Made by a program: the position numbers and the translations under genes. The notes below the pieces were generated by a model, which was not told the DNA's origin, made no database searches, and worked only from the letters and a program-made list of their open reading frames with translations. Positions 62,207 to 64,000 of a DNA stretch of 64,000 bases are shown here, piece after piece. The stretch is from Rhina ancylostomus (taxonomy: Eukaryota): contig JARFYF010000094.1 of the NCBI GenBank assembly GCA_030265395.1, forward strand, positions 19,180,190-19,244,189, read 5' to 3'. Position 1 is the stretch's first letter; each line of letters starts with the position of its first letter.

Positions 62207-62735
62207 GATTCTGGTCACCCTGTTAGGAGGAGGATGTGGTGGCTTTAGAAAGGGTGCAGAAGAGGTTTACCAGAATGCTGCTTGGATTAGAGAGTATGAG
62301 CTAGAACGAGAGGTTGGACAAACTTGGGTTGGGTCTCTCTGGAGCATCAGAGGCTGAGGGGAGACCTGGTAGAGGTTTTATAAAATCATGAGGCATAGGT
62401 AGGGTAGATAGTCAGAAACTTTTGTCCCCCAGGGCAGGGCAGTCTAGAACCGGAGGTCACAGGTTTAGGGTGAGAACAGAGAAATTTAGAGGGGATCTGC
62501 AGGGTCGGTGTTTCATCCAGAGGGTGGTGGGTATATGGAATGAGCTGCCAGAGGAGGTGGTAGAGGAAGATGCAATCACAACATTTAGAAAGGTGTTTGT
62601 ACAGGTATTTGGATAGGAAAGGAACAGAGGAATATGGGCCTAATGCAGACATATAGGATTAGTGGAGAGGCATCATGGTCAGCATGGACAAGATGGGCCA
62701 AATGGGCCTGTTTCCTGCTGTATGATTCTATAAGT
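62207..62735 (+). mobile_element. CR1/HER1-like 3' end
   Basis: ORF SRTGGHRFRVRTEKFRGDLQGRCFIQRVVGIWNELPEEVVE; tail GGGCCTGTTTCCTGCTGTATGATTCTAT. Confidence 0.92.
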
Positions 62736-63189
62736 TGCAACTTCAAACAACGTTTATCTCTGGAGGTTTTTCAAAGGAGTTTGTGTGTTCAACAATTTGG
62801 AGGCAGTCGGCACTGAACCCGATTTCTAATTTCAAGGGTCTCCATGCTTTGCATCTTCACAAGCCCTCTGTCCCCCACCCTTGTGGCTGAATGCTGTGAA
62901 GCATACAGCATGTGCATGCACTGCTCAGTGATACTGAGCACCCAGTGCAGGGCACAAACAGAACAGTCGAGGTGTTTGAACATCTCAGTGTTCCACTTAA
63001 CTCTTACCCAGTCTTCATGGGCATTTTACTGCAGCACTTCCCCACAGCACTGAGGGGGATGGGCTTCTTAATCTACCCACTCCCTCCTTGTCCCTTCCTC
63101 TTACTGAGCTGATAGAAGAGCAAAGAGTCACCAATTTTCGGCAGCAACTAAGTCCACACACAGGAAACAGTGTCAATCACTGCTGCATA

Positions 63190-63490
63190 AACTCGTAGTT
63201 ATGTGGCATCTTTAACCTAACATCCTGAGACGTTTAGCAAAATTTGACTCCAAGTCACGTGAGATGGTGGTTCAGTTGACCGGAAGTTTTGTCAATGAGG
63301 AGAACAAGATGGCAGGGAAGAGAAGGAGCTGTAGAATCCAGGGGCTCAAGACACCTGAAGGAATGGCCCTCAATAGTTTGCATTAGAATCCAGAACTGGC
63401 TGAACATAAAGATCCAATAGAGCAGGAGACAGGCAAGAAGGGATATGAAGACAAGAATTTGAAAATGTTAAAATTGCTGCATTGTTAATG
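63190..63490 (-). mobile_element. Degenerate L2 3' fragment
   Basis: AAAATTTGACTCCAAGTCAC...GAATCCAGGGGCTC..CACCTGAAGG...GGGATATGAAGACAAGAATT. Confidence 0.55.
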
Positions 63491-63515
63491 GTGATGGTTC
63501 ACATAAACTCTTACT

Positions 63516-63801
63516 TAGACATTATGGAGCTGTACACCATGGAAACTGGCCCTTAAGCCCAACTAATCCATGCCAGCCAAGTTGCCTGACTGAGCTAGCC
63601 CCATTTGCCTGCGTTTGGCCCATATTCCACAGAACAGCACAGCACAGAACAGGCCCTTCGGCCCACAATATTGTGCTGACATAGCTAATCCCTCCTACCT
63701 ACAGAATGCCCATATCCCTCCATGTTCCTCTCATTCATGTGCCCATCCAAGCCCCTCTTAAAAGCCCCCAATGAATTTGCCTCCACCACCCTATCAGGCA
63801 A
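63516..63801 (-). mobile_element. Two nested CR1 3' tails
   Basis: GGAAACTGGCCCTTAAGCCCAAC...CCCATTTGCCTGCGTTTGGCCCATAT, then AGAACAGCACAGCACAGAACAGGCCCTTCGGCCCAC; minus strand LPDRVVEANSLGAFKRGLD. Confidence 0.88.
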
Positions 63802-63901
63802 NNNNNNNNNNNNNNNNNNNNNNNNNNNNNNNNNNNNNNNNNNNNNNNNNNNNNNNNNNNNNNNNNNNNNNNNNNNNNNNNNNNNNNNNNNNNNNNNNNN
63901 N

Positions 63902-64000
63902 CCTTGCACCTTATTGTCTGCCTGCACTGCACTTCCTCTGTAACTGTAACACTTTATTCTGCATTGTTATTGTTTTCCCTTGTACTACCTCAATGCACTG
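63902..64000 (+). mobile_element. Rex1 3' UTR fragment
   Basis: CCTTGCACCTTATTGTCTGCCTGCACTGCAC... is near-identical to 62019-62115. Confidence 0.9.

Overview
AT-rich, CpG-depleted vertebrate genomic DNA from a gapped draft assembly (14 N-runs). The repeat set (CR1/HER1-like LINEs, HE1-like V-SINEs, DeuSINE/SacSINE1-like SINEs, Rex1/Babar, RTE and L2 LINEs, Penelope-like elements) points to a cartilaginous fish, plausibly a ray; this is an inference from recalled repeat families, not a database result. I recognise no host protein-coding exon or standard RNA gene, so the window looks intronic or intergenic, and every interpretable ORF is transposon-derived. Highlights: (1) about a dozen Penelope pseudo-LTR fragments, several still showing a minimal type-I hammerhead ribozyme core; (2) a frameshifted PIF/Harbinger transposase fossil at ~29.8-30.5 kb; (3) two Penelope copies with inverted structures, one matching twin-priming geometry; (4) a 35-bp templated insertion copied from a retroelement junction 490 bp away; (5) two V-SINE families with different LINE-derived tails; (6) a Tigger-like MITE in two copies; (7) a four-hairpin cluster and an ETS-site cluster in apparently unique DNA. 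Boundaries of degenerate repeats are approximate.
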